Assembly: GCA_964106645.2 (NCBI GenBank)
Contig: OZ067044.1
Source of the DNA: Podarcis pityusensis
Lineage: Eukaryota
DNA: 64,000 nucleotides
Direction: 5' to 3' (one strand)
The translations under genes and the position numbers were made by a program. The notes beneath the pieces were generated by a model. It did no database searches, was not told the origin of the DNA, and saw only the letters and a program-made list of their open reading frames with translations. This document shows, in pieces, positions 37,767-51,628 of this stretch (positions are counted from its first letter, which is position 1; every line of letters starts with the position of its first letter).

Positions 37767-38801
37767 CTGCACAAGGGATTGGAAATTGTGTCAGGTTACA
37801 GAAAGCCACATTTTGGAAACACAACACAAGTCTGAAGAGCATAGTGTGTTCATGTACAGATGCAAAACTAGGGTTAGTAGAGAAGTGGCTGAGAAAACAG
37901 TACATAACAGGACTGCAAAACTTAACTTCCATCTTTACTATGCTGCTTGAAAAGATAATTTCACCCTTTGTTATGCTACATGCGCACCTAATTTGATTTC
38001 AGGGGCAAAAGTAGAAATGGGGAGAGCAGGGGGCAAAATATTCTCTAAAATTACAAAAAAAAACAACCCACCACCCCTGCATACTTTAATTCCTCATTTT
38101 AAAAACATGATATTTTATTTAAAGGTTATATATTTACAACTGCTTACAAGACTTATAGTGAAATGTTAGAATGATGGCAAACTTCCAGACCACAGTCCAA
38201 ATTAGGCCCACCTGCCCCATATCTGGCATATGACACCAGCAGCAGGGCAGGTAAAGATAGGGCTGCAAAAGGAACAGGAAAGAGCCTTAAAATACACTCC
38301 TTACTGTTCCTTGCTCTTCAGCACTTATGGTGAGGTCAGAAGGAAACTGCTCGTGCAGTTTGATTTCAAACCATTCAGGCAAAGGGAAATACATTTCCCA
38401 ACATCATGGCAAAACTTTTAAGATTCAGATTCAAGTTCACTTACATGTTTTCCCTATAACTGGGTGCACACTGCATTCAAAGTCAGCTCAGCTTTTTCGA
38501 ATCACCCCAGCATACTGCTCTGCATCAATCTTTTGCAGATGCCCTTCCCCCATGGTGGGCCACAGGCAGTAGTGGCCAGGGTGGTGGGGCAGAGCTGCCA
38601 TTCCAAACCCTGAGATGCTGCTACTTACCTGGACAGCGTTGGGGCAGGGCAAGGCCGTAATGAGGTCGGGGCTGTGCTGATGCACTGACAGAGTCAATCC
38701 AATACTCCTGTTAGTACACCCACACAGCCCCAACTTTTCTGCCGCCTTGTCCTGCCCCAGTCTCAGTAAGCTGCAGCAGCATCAATGTATAGACCAGAGC
38801 T

Positions 38802-38978
38802 TAGGGTTGCCATACGTCTGGAGTTTCCCAGACATATCCAGAATACCGCATTCAACAGCAGTGTCCAGGCGATACTTGGCTAAATGTCTAGGAAAATCTG
38901 GACATAGGGCAGCCTATGTTGGCAATGCTCAACAACTTTTCTGTCTGGGTTTCCATGGTTTGAAATGTGGCAACCCTA
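38802..38978. mobile_element. hAT MITE
   Basis: TIRs TAGGGTTGCCA / TGGCAACCCTA; degenerate 8-bp TSD CCAGAGCT / CCAATGCT. Confidence 0.8.
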
Positions 38979-39239
38979 CCAATGCTTTCCAAACTGTGTG
39001 TTACATTAATGTGTCGGCTGCAGTGTGTAGGTGTGTCAGGTGAATGCTTCCTGAGCTCCTCCCAGGGCTGTTTATCCTCCAATTTGCTAGTAAAACTGAA
39101 TTACTGTGTCGTGAAATGATGCATGTCTGAAAAGCGTGTCACCAACATGGAAAGTTTGGAAGCTCTGGTATACACACAAGAGCAGATATGGTAACCATCA
39201 TTATTATTCCCATCATGAATGGACTAGCTCTTTTGCAAC

Positions 39240-39243
<4 letters not shown>

Positions 39244-39304
<61 letters not shown>
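39244..39304. repeat. Compound (TC)n(AC)n microsatellite
   Basis: Directly visible. Confidence 0.95.
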
Positions 39305-39305
<1 letters not shown>

Positions 39306-39506
39306 GTGTCAAATCAGCAGGGAGTGGGGTTTCCACCCTCTGCCAAAAGCAGCTTTGGGCACACATTCCTGAAATGAGACTGACACAGGTACAAGTAATG
39401 TGTATTTTGAGCAAGAATTCTGAAACAGGACAGAAGCAAAACTGTTATTTCCAAATATATTTAATTGACAATATTTGCTGTTATTTCCAGGGTTCTAGCT
39501 GCATAC

Positions 39507-39593
39507 CTTTCACACTTGGCTCCTTCATAACCTGGAGGACATTTATCACAGATAACTTCACCTCCATTATCCAAGTGACAGGTAGGACTGAAA
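39507..39593 (-). CDS. LAMA1: LAMA1 exon 18 (LEb)
   Basis: FSPTCHLDNGGEVICDKCPPGYEGAKCE; AG/GT. Confidence 0.95.
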
Positions 39594-40263
39594 CTAAAAA
39601 ACAATTATTTGGGGGATTATCATCAACCTATACAGTTTAAAAGCAATACACATTAAATGCACGCTCTGTATATTTATTACATGAATTGTGGTCACTACTG
39701 ATAACACCACAGAGAACACCACAATGAGTGTTGTCCGGTGAGCGTTCATTGCAGACCCTTTCCTCAACAAGAGCTTCTCTGTGAGGCAACATAAACTGCT
39801 TTTTTAAATTTCAGAAAGATGAAGAACTGGGGAGAAATATGCTTTTAGGGGAAAGCGAATGGGCATACACAAACCTTTCAGCTTGCTTATATAGCAGCTT
39901 GCTGGATTGCTACCAGTATCTAGCAGCTGTGCAAGAATCAGCCTGAATTGATTTTGTTCACATAAAGAGCGTTAACACTAAAATATTTTCTAATATTAGC
40001 AATGCATGAAAATACCTTTTCAAGAAAAAAACCCCCAAGGGCGACATTTGTATTCAGTAAAGTACTGGAAAATTTCCAGCTCCTTGTCTTAGCCGTCTAG
40101 GAGCTATCATTTCTGAAGGGTACCGTGGAATTCTTGTCATGTTTTAACACCTTCCCTTCAGATTGATTTCTCTTCCCACCCCCCATTCCTTTCTGTTTCT
40201 AACTGGCACTGCTTGTCTGATATTGCTGGAGATGTCATGCAATGTTTCCAGTTAGCAGCTTAC

Positions 40264-40391
40264 TTGTTTGAAGCAGTTTTCAGTGGGCAGGCGCACGGCT
40301 CACAGTCCTCTGGAGTCCCCCTGGACGGCGTCCCATAGAACCCAGGCAAACACTGATCGCAAGAACGCCCTGTAGTGTTGTGCTTGCAAGC
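40264..40391 (-). CDS. LAMA1: LAMA1 exon 17 (LEb)
   Basis: [36 protein letters not shown]; AG/GT. Confidence 0.95.
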
Positions 40392-41096
40392 CTGTGAGAC
40401 ATGCAAGACACCTTTTGATACTTATTCTGAGTGGAATTCTATCCCCAGAGGGGGGATCTCAGCATGAAATGACATGCAGCATTAGGATTCAAAGAACAGA
40501 GACAAAGAAACAAGCAGGCTATTGACAATATGCTTTTCCAAGCCAGCAGCAACAATTCCCTCATTAGCAAATATTTGGTCTCATGGATTAGTTGTGTTAC
40601 TTTGACTGTGGACTAAATCAGTTTGCTAATATTGAACACTGGAAATTAACAGGTTAATTTAGAAGATTTAAAGTTCTTTTTTTATTTAAAAAAATCACTT
40701 TGAGGAAAGGTTCCCTTTCTGGTGCAGAACTTAACGGAACCAGCACAAAAGTTGAGGAAATGTAATCACATAGTTATGCTCCAATATTTTTCCTACTTGG
40801 ATCCACAGGAATTTTTCCACTCAGCTGAGAAGGAAAAGCTATGGCTTTCATGACTTTTCATATAAAAGTGTTTTATGTCAGTTCTTGCCTAAGCCAGATA
40901 ATTTAATTCCTTTAACATGCACACACACAAAAAACTTTTAAAAGTTACAGAAGCTGGGTGGGAAGATGCGCTTTGATGCTTCTTTGGGGTATATTACAAA
41001 ACTGCATTGCACTGAAAAAATTATATGAATTGGTTTTTTTTTTTTAATGTGATCTTTTTGGAAATGAAAATGAAAGCGCACTGCAAGGTAACTTAC

Positions 41097-41207
41097 AACA
41101 CAAACACCATGAATGTCACATTCCGTTGCATGATCATGGCAATCACATGGCTGGCAAATCCCTCCAAAAAGTATGCCACCTACTCGGTAGTGGCCAGGAA
41201 GGCAGGA
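41097..41207 (-). CDS. LAMA1: LAMA1 exon 16 (LEb)
   Basis: SCLPGHYRVGGILFGGICQPCDCHDHATECDIHGVCV; AG/GT. Confidence 0.95.
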
Positions 41208-41965
41208 CTAGGAAAGAAAGAAAGAAATGACAGCACAAAATGGTTCTTACAGCACTTCAACCCAATTATTAGAATATTTGAAAACCAATTAAAAATGAGT
41301 TCTGCATTAGTTCTCCTATAAAACAACAGCACAAACGTGTCTCTGAACTCAATCTACAGATCTATGCTTGAACAGAACCTTTGTGTGGCATGGGGAGTAA
41401 GTAGTGATGTTTGCTATATAGCGTAATAGTCTGTATTTACAAAACAAAAAACACTAATTAAATATGTTATTTTTTTATATTTATACTCCAACACACAGGG
41501 ACAGAATCCCATCATACAGATATAAAACCAGTCTTGGAAAGGACCCAAATATGGACCAAATAATCCCAAACCCTATTACAATATTCCCTGAAATCCTGCC
41601 ATATTTTCTTAAAGTACATTAAAATATATTCAGGAATCTGACATACACTGTCAATTAGCACATATGAGAAACTGTAATTTGTCAACCGTTTCCCCAAATT
41701 TATAACAGAATAACTGTTAGGTGTTCACCTTTAAAAATAATCTATGCCCTATCCAACCTTCAGTTTCTTTAGCTATAAACCCTGTAAAAATGTGGGGAAA
41801 TGTTATTTTTTAGCAAGTGGATAAAATTGTCATAAACAATGCAGATTTTAAAATGTTGTTCTGCCGTTCCGGTTTTAAAAACTGCAAGCAAATACAATAT
41901 GGTCTGTATGGGGAAAGTATATTGAAAAGTGCTTCCTTCTTGTATATAAAACCATGACAGATTAC

Positions 41966-42077
41966 CTCACAAGAAATCCCAGAGTAGCCTTGGGGACATT
42001 CACAATATTCCACATCTGCAGCTGAAGACACATCTATGAGATTAGCATTTGCTGTATCCAAAGTGACAGAATCCAAC
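41966..42077 (-). CDS. LAMA1: LAMA1 exon 15
   Basis: LDSVTLDTANANLIDVSSAADVEYCECPQGYSGISCE; AG/GT. Confidence 0.95.
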
Positions 42078-43430
42078 CTGTACCAAGACAGCAACACACA
42101 CACGTGAATATTGTAGTTAGACACTAAAGGATTTCACTGGAAAGGGATATACATTTAGAAAACTTACCCAGGTATGGATTCGGACCATATCTTGTTAATA
42201 ATTTATAGAGTCACATCAGTTACATTTGGCAATGTATTAAATATCCTGGAATTAAATACTAAATGAATTCCCAACATAATCAAGATGAGCTTTGCATCAT
42301 TTGCAGTACTCCAGCACTTTCTATGGATACAGGGTCCTTTGTTCTCTGATATACAGAAAGATGGGGAAAGGATAGCATAGGAAGCTGCCTTATATCAGAT
42401 CATACTATTTGTCCATTCAGCCAGGTCTCTGGCAACAGCAATCCAGGAACTTGGGATGTGGGAGAGGGAGAGGGACCACATCACCTGCTAACTGAGTCTT
42501 TAATAATTGAAGCATCAGGGAACCTAGGGCATTGTGCAAGCAAAGCATGTGCTTTACCTCTCCATCTAACCCTGTACTATGTACTCTGATTCTCATGGTT
42601 CTCCAGACTCTCAGACATCCTTCCCCAACACCAGCTATCTGGTATTTCTAACTGAGTATGTTAGGAACTAAAGCCAAGTTTACAAACATGTGCTAGGGTC
42701 CCTTCCCAGTCATTGATGTTTTCATAAAATCCTAACGTCTCAATTTACAAATTAGTCATTTGTGCCCAGGTCATCAGTTCACATCACCAGAGATGTAAAG
42801 AGATGGACTGCAATTGACTCAGACTATGCACTTGTGGGACTTCTGCATATTTGCCTACAATCTGAATCTTCACTAGTCAAAGACTTCACATTCCCAAGAT
42901 TTCCACGACAGACAGAAACTTGTTTCATTGAAGATTAGATTCTGATGACTCAGGATACAAATTTCTAAATAAGATTTCATACCCTGCACATACACATAGA
43001 ACTCTCAGCACATCTTTACTGATGTGTCTATCAGTCTATCTTAATAACATGGCATTTCAGCAAAAAATAAAAAATTGACATTACAGCTCCATGGTAGCCA
43101 CAAACAAATGCACACAGTAGCCTCATCTTATAGAATGAAAATCAAGAATAAATGTGAGATTTGGTAATATAAAGTCTCCTTGTTCCACACAGTCTGGTAC
43201 AGAACAATGATTAACAAAATGTCAGCTTATTAGAATTCAGAAGCACATACTTTCCAACTTAAAGGCCCTAATAGGATGCAAGAAAGGAAGGTCCATCCTT
43301 CTCGCTCTGCAACTGGTCTTTTATAAATGAACTGCTTTGTCAACAATGCATGTGCTAGATGAAACCAATTTATTTAATACCCTCTATCACCACAGGCAAG
43401 GAGGGTTCAGTGTGTTCTCTCTCATCATAA

Positions 43431-43466
43431 ATAATAATGATGATGATGATGACGATGATGATGATG
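43431..43466. repeat. (ATA)/(ATG)n microsatellite
   Basis: Directly visible. Confidence 0.9.
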
Positions 43467-43961
43467 GCAAAAAAGTAAATGCCTGGGCTATGGGCAAAAT
43501 TCACTTGTGGAAAGGCCTTTCACTTTGCCAGAATAAAATTTCAATTGTAAGGTATAAATCTGCAAAGAACTGGCAACAGCTTTATGTGGACCTCTAGTAT
43601 ACTCTGTTAATGAGTTGCCTTCTTAAACTTCCTCTTCCAGAGCTATTAAAGGTGTAGGATTCCTGTCCCCCTTGTTATCTGGAAATTTCACCCATAAGTA
43701 AGAAGCATCTTGGAACCTAATTTTCCAAAAGTCTTCAGGTCAAGATCTAGGCAAGAATTAAGTGAAACACCTGAAAACATACATACCAATATACTTAGAG
43801 CTGACATAGGTAAAGTTAGGATTTTGGTGACAGAAAATTATGAACAGCATAAATAAGGCCTTAAGACTTTGGAAACTTTTTCTGACTTGTTTTCATCAAA
43901 GAATACTAAACTGGCATAACAGAAATTTTATTTCTAAACTGATTCTTCTTGTGTCCATTAC

Positions 43962-44173
43962 CTGTATACAGCCTTTTTTGCAATGTTGTAACTGGCCCTG
44001 ATCAGAAGATGGGTAACATTTGCCAAAACTGTCATCAGCATATCTCGATCTATTAATTTCTTCGTATTAAAATCAACGAAGTTTTCAGACACAAGCCGCA
44101 CAGTGCTGGAATACTCCTCATATGGTTGCAAAGACAACCCTTCAGATCTTGTACATAAAATTTGTCCATTGCC
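43962..44173 (-). CDS. LAMA1: LAMA1 exon 14 (L4a)
   Basis: GNGQILCTRSEGLSLQPYEEY...LLIRASYNIAKKAVYR; AG/GT. Confidence 0.94.
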
Positions 44174-44417
44174 CTGAAATGATACATATATGACTGTATA
44201 GAGCTTTCCATGACAAAAGTTAATTGGAAATTTGTTTAACCATATAACTTATGAAACATTTACAAAGAACTGTCCTCTTATTCCAGAATCAACTTTCCAA
44301 CCTTTTCACGGTTCATTCCGTAAGAAAAATTCTGTTTAAGTTGATCCATGTCCAAGGGATGCCTAGATTCTGATTTTAAACACATGGAAATAATTCCCAC
44401 CAAAATCAATGGAATGA

Positions 44418-44769
44418 GGGGACGCTGGTGGTGCTGTGGTCTAAACCACAGAGCCTAGGGCTTGCCGATCAGAAGGTCGGCAGTTTGAAATCCCACAACA
44501 GGGTGAGCTCCCATTGTTTGGTCCCAGCTCTTGCCCACATAGCAGTTCAAAAGCACATCAAAGTGCAAGTAGCTAAATAGGTACCGCTCTGGCGGGAAGG
44601 TAAATGGCATTTCTGTGTGCTGCTCTGGTTCACCAGAAGCGGCTTAGTCATGCTGGCCACATGACCCGGAAGCTGTATGCCGGCTCCCTCGGCCAATAAA
44701 GTGAGATGAGTGCCACAACCCCAGAGTCATCCGTGACTGGACCTAACAGTTAGGGGTACCTTTACCTTT
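44418..44769 (+). mobile_element. Sauria SINE, full length
   Basis: Closely similar to the 11138 copy; ACCTTT tail. Confidence 0.9.
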
Positions 44770-44878
44770 AAGGCGTTTAGAACCAAGGTATTAACAAAAC
44801 TGACTACGTGTAGAGGATGCTAGTGTACAATTTACACAGCAAACCAAGTACGCTTTGAATATGGACAAGAGGAAACAG

Positions 44879-44964
44879 TGCAATCCTATATAGGACTACT
44901 CAGAAATATGAGTTACTGAGTTTAATAGGACTCCTCCCGGTTTGTAAATGGGTATAGGATTGCA
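44879..44964. repeat. Short palindromic element (old MITE-like family)
   Basis: Perfect 12-bp inverted ends TGCAATCCTATA / TATAGGATTGCA; related sequence near 17880-18020 and 24470-24527. Confidence 0.65.
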
Positions 44965-45777
44965 ACGAAAAAAGACCAGTTTCCTCCCAACCTATATTTG
45001 TATATTCAGCATAAGAGGATCACACATACAGGAATTAAAGCATTCTATAATCTCACCCAAGTTTTGCAAGCATGGAAGCAAATGGTGTATTTGCAATCAG
45101 TCATTGTCAATTACTGAGTGAAGGGAAAACTTAGGATTGTATCTAATGTTAGTCCTACTCCAAGTGGACCCACGGAAATTAATGGACATGACTAATTTTG
45201 GTTCATTAATTTCAACAGGTCCCCTCTGATACTGGATATAACCCATTTATATAGCACTTTTGAGGTGTTAAAAAGACTTCATATATATTATATTATTGAA
45301 ATCCACCCCCATATTGCAGAAATGACAAGGCTGGAGAATGTGGCTTATACCTTCAGCCACCTAGTAGGTTTATGGCAAAGGAGACTATCAAATTCATAGC
45401 TTTAGGCTTTGAATTAAACTCCTCTAACTGGCAGTAACCAAAATGTTAAGCAATACAAATACACCATTCACTGCATTTAATTTGTTTAAATAAATCTAAA
45501 GGCAAATATCCAAAGGGCTACATAAACACACTGGAGCTTCTCAACCTCCTCATTCCCATCAGCAAATATCCCACCCCCAACAAGCTATACTCAAAAGGTT
45601 ATGAGATCCACCATATTGCCATTCCATGACGCACAAGAGTTGTCACCAGAAGAGGGGGGGAAACCAGCAACCAATACGACTACCATCCATGCGTGTTCAC
45701 CTGTGTTTTGTGCATTCTTTCTCTTTGAATCCCATGGTCTACAAACCACCATTTCAATTCACATAATCTTAAATTAC

Positions 45778-45879
45778 CTGAACAATAACATCCACATTAG
45801 ATACCAAATCACTATCCGTACTGTCCATGGGAATTTCATAGGACACAGTATACTTCAAATAACCACCAAAGGAAGTGAG
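45778..45879 (-). CDS. LAMA1: LAMA1 exon 13 (L4a)
   Basis: LTSFGGYLKYTVSYEIPMDSTDSDL; AG/GT. Confidence 0.94.
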
Positions 45880-46890
45880 CTGGAAGAATAAAAGTGTAAA
45901 TATTTTTTAAAAAAATAAGTTTTCAGCATAACAGGGAAGAGTAAAACTTACACGCAGCAGGCTGAACAACCATTTCCCCATTCTTACTTTTTAGCACCAG
46001 TGTGGATTCCTCACTATTAAGAATTTACCTGTAACATACACCCAAATAAGAGATAACACTGTCCCACTTGCCATGGTAGAAAGTGCAGGCTTACCTTGCC
46101 CACCCCAACCCCTTGTTAAGTGCATAGAGCTGGACGAGGAAGCTAAAAGAGCAACGATCTTCCTTACTACTTCTTTTAATTTTGTGCCCTTTTCATTGCT
46201 ATCTGAGCAGCTGAACAGAAAGCAGAGCAGCCCAAAGGGTGGGAGGGAAGGGGGGGCAATTGCAAGGTGGGGAGCAGCAAAACAAAGTGATTGCAGGAGC
46301 GAAAGTGGGCTGCTGCAGAGTCAGTATGGGAGAGAGAGGCAATACAGATCATAACGGATCCTCCTAATTTTTTAAAAGATTCCCCTCAAAATCATCAACA
46401 AATAATAGCTCTTCACGCCCACGGATGTATTCTGAAGATTGTTGGTGTTTTTGTTGACATTCTTTGTAGAAACCATGAAGATCCATTTCTTGTTTCAACT
46501 TTTTGGTGATGCCGCTCCCCCTTCAGTGCAGTAAATCACCTATGGAGATTTAACCTGGTGGTGGTGGGGTTGCGGGGGGCACATGTTAAATCATAAAAAT
46601 TCAAAAGGGTCCATTTTAATTCTACTGGATCCAACTATTATCCAGACCCATTAAAAAAACCATTTGTGTGAGTTTGTGTAGACACTCTTCCTCTTCCTCT
46701 TTCTGTTTCTGTTAGGTGGACAGGAGTGATCCAAGGGAGGGAGGAGAGTAGAAACTAAAGGGTTTGATGCCCATGGCACTCTCCCAAAATTCCTCAGATG
46801 CCCATGGGCCCAAAAAGATGGGAGATCCCTGTAATACGATATAGGATAGTTACAAAAGCAACAACTACCTATTTTCCCTTGGATACTTAC

Positions 46891-47064
46891 TTTATTTCCA
46901 AGATATGGCTTGGGTGCAGACCAGTAATAAGGAGACTTCAGTATTTTTGCAGCTGCTATATTATTAATACTTATTTGATGAGGTCCATCAAACTGATCTT
47001 GTTGAGGCTGTACGGTTTTTGTGGTAAGTGGAGCAGTCACCAGCCACCCAGCCATAGAAGACAC
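46891..47064 (-). CDS. LAMA1: LAMA1 exon 12 (L4a)
   Basis: VSSMAGWLVT...YYWSAPKPYLGNK; AG/GT. Confidence 0.94.
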
Positions 47065-47100
47065 CTTAAGGAAAATAAACTATAAAACATCATTTACCAC

Positions 47101-47325
47101 ACCTAGAAAGCACGTCAAAGTGCAAGTAGATAAATAGGTTACCTCCAGCGGGAAGGTAAACAGTGTTTCCATGCACTGCTCTGGTTCGCCAGAAGCGGCT
47201 TAGGCATGCTGGCCACATGACCCGGAAGCTGTATGCCGGCTCCCTCAGCCAATAAAGCGAGATGAGCACCGCAACCCCAGAGTCGGCCACGACTGGACCT
47301 AATGGTCAGGGGCCCCTTTAACTTT
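47101..47325 (+). mobile_element. Sauria SINE, 5'-truncated
   Basis: Core GTGCAAGTAGATAAATAGGT through GGACCTAATGGTCAGGG; begins about 36 bp from the exon 12 acceptor. Confidence 0.88.
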
Positions 47326-47569
47326 ACTGTTGAAGCACAGGGCACTATTATCTCCCAAAGGGGCACAGGAAAAAAAGGATCATACAGAAAATTGTTTTAT
47401 GTACTCTTGGCAGGAAGAGATGTGTGCATGGTCCAATTCACCACTGCAATTGGCTCCCTCAGAACACCTGTATCCATCAGGCTTCCACAGTCTGATTCAC
47501 ACAACCCATTAAACCACAGTGAAAATAAGCTGGTTTCTCTCTGAACAAACCATGAACCTGGTCTACATT

Positions 47570-47990
47570 TGCTCCCAGTATGTTTCCAAGCACAATTCAA
47601 AGTGTTGGTGCTGAACTTTAAACACCTAAACAGCCTCGGCCCAGTATGCCTGAAGGAGCATCTACACCCCCATCGCTCAGCCCAGACACTGAGGTCCAGA
47701 TTCAAGGGCCTTCTGGCAGTTCCCTCACTGCAAGAAGTGATATTACAGGGAACCAGGATTTCTCAGTAGTTGTGCCCGCCCTGTGATACACCCTCCCAAT
47801 GTCAAAGAGGTAAGCAACCATATGACTTTTCATAGACATCTGAAGGCAGCCATGTTTTCACAGACATCTGAAGGCAGCCAAGCTCTTAATATTTGATGTT
47901 TTGTTGTGTTCCCCTATATTTTCTTGGAAGCCACCCTGAGTGGCTGGGGCAACCCACTCAGTTAAGTGGGGTTAAATAAATAATAATAAT
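47570..47990 (+). mobile_element. L2/CR1-superfamily LINE 3' fragment
   Basis: LPVCFQAQFKVLVLNFKHLNSLGPVCL resembles an L2 ORF2 end; (AAT)n tail. Confidence 0.75.
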
Positions 47991-48070
47991 AACAACAACA
48001 ACTACTAATTATAACTACTATTAATAACTACTAACAATAACTAAAAATTACTACTACCACTACTACTACA
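47975..48070. repeat. Compound AAT/AAC/ACT microsatellite grown from the LINE tail
   Basis: Directly visible. Confidence 0.85.
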
Positions 48071-48368
48071 CTCTTAACTTTATTACTTGGTACGGCCTGC
48101 TTATGTGAAATTGGATGGAGATGGGCTGTCTGTCATAAAATAAGATAGACAGGAAGTCTTGCTCAGTATTTTCTACTATAATTGGAAGCAGAAATCCAAG
48201 GTTTCAGCCAGGAGTCTTTTCCAGACCTGCCTGGAAAATTGGACCTGGCACTGTCTGCATGTAGAACATGTGCTCTGCCACTAAACAATAGGCCTTGAAG
48301 TACATTTATGGGGATGCCTGAGAAAAACTAATGAGGTCTTTGGACATGGAACATTAGCAAGATCATAC

Positions 48369-48509
48369 CTGATTGATGGGCCATGGAAGGCTTTCACAGA
48401 CATCAGAAACCCCAAAACAGAAACATTCAGTGCAGCCCTGGGGATTTCTTTCTTGGAGATTATAGAATCCTGGCATGCAACGGTCACAGTTTTCTCCTTC
48501 AACATTTTC
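48369..48509 (-). CDS. LAMA1: LAMA1 exon 11 (LEa/L4a)
   Basis: [18 protein letters not shown]...[10 protein letters not shown]; AG/GT. Confidence 0.95.
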
Positions 48510-49174
48510 CTATGAAATACATGCAATATTTGTTCTGTTATCATCACAATAATAACCAGCATACACTAGAGGTTAGAAGTAATCCTGGCATAATGATTGA
48601 CTGATGGTCCTAGAATTAGTATTAATGCATTTCATCATTATTTTTAACCTTCATCTGACCAATTTCTTATTTTGACATATACAAGTAAAATTAAGCATGT
48701 TAATTTAGGATTGGAAATATGAAGTTCCATATGGCTTATAAATTTTGGGTTAATCCAAAGAACATCAGTTCCCATTGAATGTAAGGAAAAGTAAGCATCA
48801 AGACCTCCCACTTTGATAGTTGTGTAAAAGTGATCAGCAAACATTTCCAGTGCCATCCTCAATGCTAAATAAGTTGCTGTCCTTGACTTAACTGCCTGCT
48901 GTTCATTCTAGTCACCCTTCTCCACCCTCAACTGCATTTACTAATTCTCTCACACCATGTGACATGTAGTGCCTCCCTGAAATTTGTGACAGATATACCA
49001 TGAATCATAACTCAAATCCCCACCCCAGAGAGATTTTTGCCTAAGCCGCAGTTAATTGCTATACACAGGATGTGATCTTTACCACTAACAGAAATGTTTT
49101 CCTTATTAAATTAATTTACAAATCCCACTCCAAAGTTCACAACAAATCAAACTGAAAATCAGTAGTACGCTTAC

Positions 49175-49335
49175 TTTACAAAGGCAAGGTTCTGTGCATG
49201 GGTCATCATTAATGCTACCAACCAGGCTACAGTTGCAACGCATGCAGCTTGGATAACCTTTGTAGCCGAAGGCACAGCGATCACACTTCTCTCCTGCGTA
49301 ACCTTCCTTGCAGCGACACTGACCAGGCTGAACAC
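49175..49335 (-). CDS. LAMA1: LAMA1 exon 10 (LEa)
   Basis: GVQPGQCRCKEGYAGEKCDRC...PCLCK; AG/GT. Confidence 0.95.
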
Positions 49336-50107
49336 CTTGAAAAAGGAGAAAAGGATGAAAAAGAGGAAGACCTATCACATGCAGATACATATCATTTTTT
49401 GCTCCCTAAGCATTAGAACCATGACAGAAGCCTTATGCAGTATGCTACAGTATCAGCAAGTGCAAGAAGTCTGGGAAAGGTTTGAGCTCAGCAACCTTTT
49501 TCTGCGATATAAGTGACCCATGGGCCTAATTACTAAGGGTTGTTCCAGTTATGCTTTGTGCTACGGGAAGTGTTTCCTTAAGGCAGGGCAGCTGATTTCC
49601 CACCCTAATCTCTCCAACCCTGTGCTCCCAAAGAACTTTTCCTCAGGTTTGCAGGGCCTTCTAGTGCAAGACAGGATATGCCATAGAGCATTGCAATTGG
49701 TAGGGAAAATTGGTGAAAACTGAGTGCCTTGCCTTGCACTAGCAGAAGCAGTTACACGGGCACAAATCCTCAGTTAGCAGTTAGTGGCATCAAGCCTGAA
49801 TTCCTGGGCCCAATTTCCTCAGTCCTGGCTTTCATCCTACCTCACACTTGTCTCATGTCATAACAGGTTCCCTTTTAAAAAAAAATCCACCACCAATCAT
49901 TCCCTGCATATCCTATGGGATTTGCCAAATCTCCAGCTGAAATTGCTAATAAATCCCATTCTAAATGCATGTAACTACAATCCAGGCAAAAATCTAAACA
50001 TGTTTGAACTGGTCCTTATTTCCAGTGTTTCCTCACATAGAATTCCCAGTTACAAAAAATATTAGCTGGACTAGTTTTTAGAGAAAATGTATTTTCCAGT
50101 CACTTAC

Positions 50108-50213
50108 CATGTTGTGGGTCAGCATGATCATCATCCTTAACACAGTCAAAACCAAGGGACCCAAATATATCACATTTACAGGGAAAGCAAGGGTTATCGT
50201 CAAAGGGAGACAC
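50108..50213 (-). CDS. LAMA1: LAMA1 exon 9 (LEa)
   Basis: VSPFDDNPCFPCKCDIFGSLGFDCVKDDDHAD; AG/GT. Confidence 0.93.
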
Positions 50214-51062
50214 CTAAAAGAAGTTAATATTTTTGTTCACGTTAATAATAAGATGCTGGTGAGCGTGCATAATTATTGTTGTCTGAGGATAATGATGATA
50301 TGGCATGACAATGCACACAGTAGTACGACACACAACTCAACAGGATATTGTGATTAATTTAGTCCTTGTGGGAGGAAACTGAAAACAAGGAGTTGTAGGC
50401 ATGAATGGAGTAGCATTCAAACTGGCCATCATAGCTGTGGGATGTTTTGGAAAAGGAATGTTTGTTTGAAAGCAATCCAGGAGTTTTTGAAGTGTCATAG
50501 ACCCTAAGGTAGCTTTCCCAAACCTGCCTGGAGCTATTGGCAGCTGCCGTCCAAAATTTCTGGAGGGCAACAGAAGTTGCCAAAAGGGTCTGTACAGCTT
50601 GTACTTATTTGCTCACACTGGCTGAAGGGATTCAAGAGGGAAGCCAGCCAGAGGAGAGGGGGCAATTGCATGTCTTCCCATCACTGACATCACTTCAGTT
50701 TGCCAGAAGGAAGAGAAGGAACAGCAAAGCAGCAGTGAGATCAGTGGTGCAAATGTACTAGTGGGCACAGTGGATTGGCTCCACTGGTATGCTTGCATTG
50801 CACCAACCATTCCACTACATTGCCTCTCTCCTAGTAAGCCACACTGAAGCTGGTGATGGGAAGTCAGATAAATGGCAACGCCCTGCAGACCACTGCTGCC
50901 AGTCACTTGCTACTGCTGATGACTCCTTGACAACTGTTATGAGTTTATATAATATGACCAACAGCTACAGCAACATATTAAGAGTTACAACAAAGTATTT
51001 CATAGGGCTTGCAGGGATACAGCCTCAGTATACTCTGCCATTTTTCTGCTAATAACCTTCCC

Positions 51063-51314
51063 GTGACGGGGTGAGCTCCCGTTGTTCGGTCCCTGCTCCT
51101 CCCAACCTAGCAGTTCGAAAGCACATCAAAGTGCAAGTAGATAAATAGGTACTGCTCCGGCGGGAAGGTAAACGGCGTTTCCGTGCACTGCACTGCTGGC
51201 CACATGACCTGGAAGCTGTACGCCGGCTCCCTCGGCCAGTAAAGCAAGATGTGCGCCGCAACCCCAGAGTCGGTCACGACTGGACCTAATGGTCAGGGGT
51301 CCCTTTACCTTTAC
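51063..51314 (+). mobile_element. Sauria SINE, 5'-truncated with internal deletion
   Basis: Core motifs; 10-bp TSD TAACCTTCCC at 51053-51062 and 51315-51324. Confidence 0.9.
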
Positions 51315-51449
51315 TAACCTTCCCTTTGTTATGGCTTTTTTTAATCACATGGTATTGCAAAAATCAACCAGAAATGGGCTGAAAGAAATAAGTGATGTTT
51401 TTTAGCACAGTTCAAAGCAGCAGAACATATGTTCATAAAATCCTCTTAC

Positions 51450-51628
51450 TTTATGTGGCCTATAGTAACCATCAGTACACATGTCACAGTTTATTCCAGT
51501 GGTGTGTTGAGTGCAGTTTATACACACTCCGCCACCTTTGAACTGGCCGTGAATGTTTAAACTTCTTTTCTGATCTGCTACACTCTGATCATAATAACAA
51601 TCTTCTGCTTTGTTATGACAGTTGCATC
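51450..51628 (-). CDS. LAMA1: LAMA1 exon 8 (LEa)
   Basis: CNCHNKAEDCYYDQ...GYYRPHK; AG/GT. Confidence 0.95.

Noticed and set aside
51402-51449. Read-through of exon 8 giving a short LaNt-like protein ending FCCFELC
   Set aside because: Any intron gives a short read-through; there is no poly(A) or conservation evidence visible
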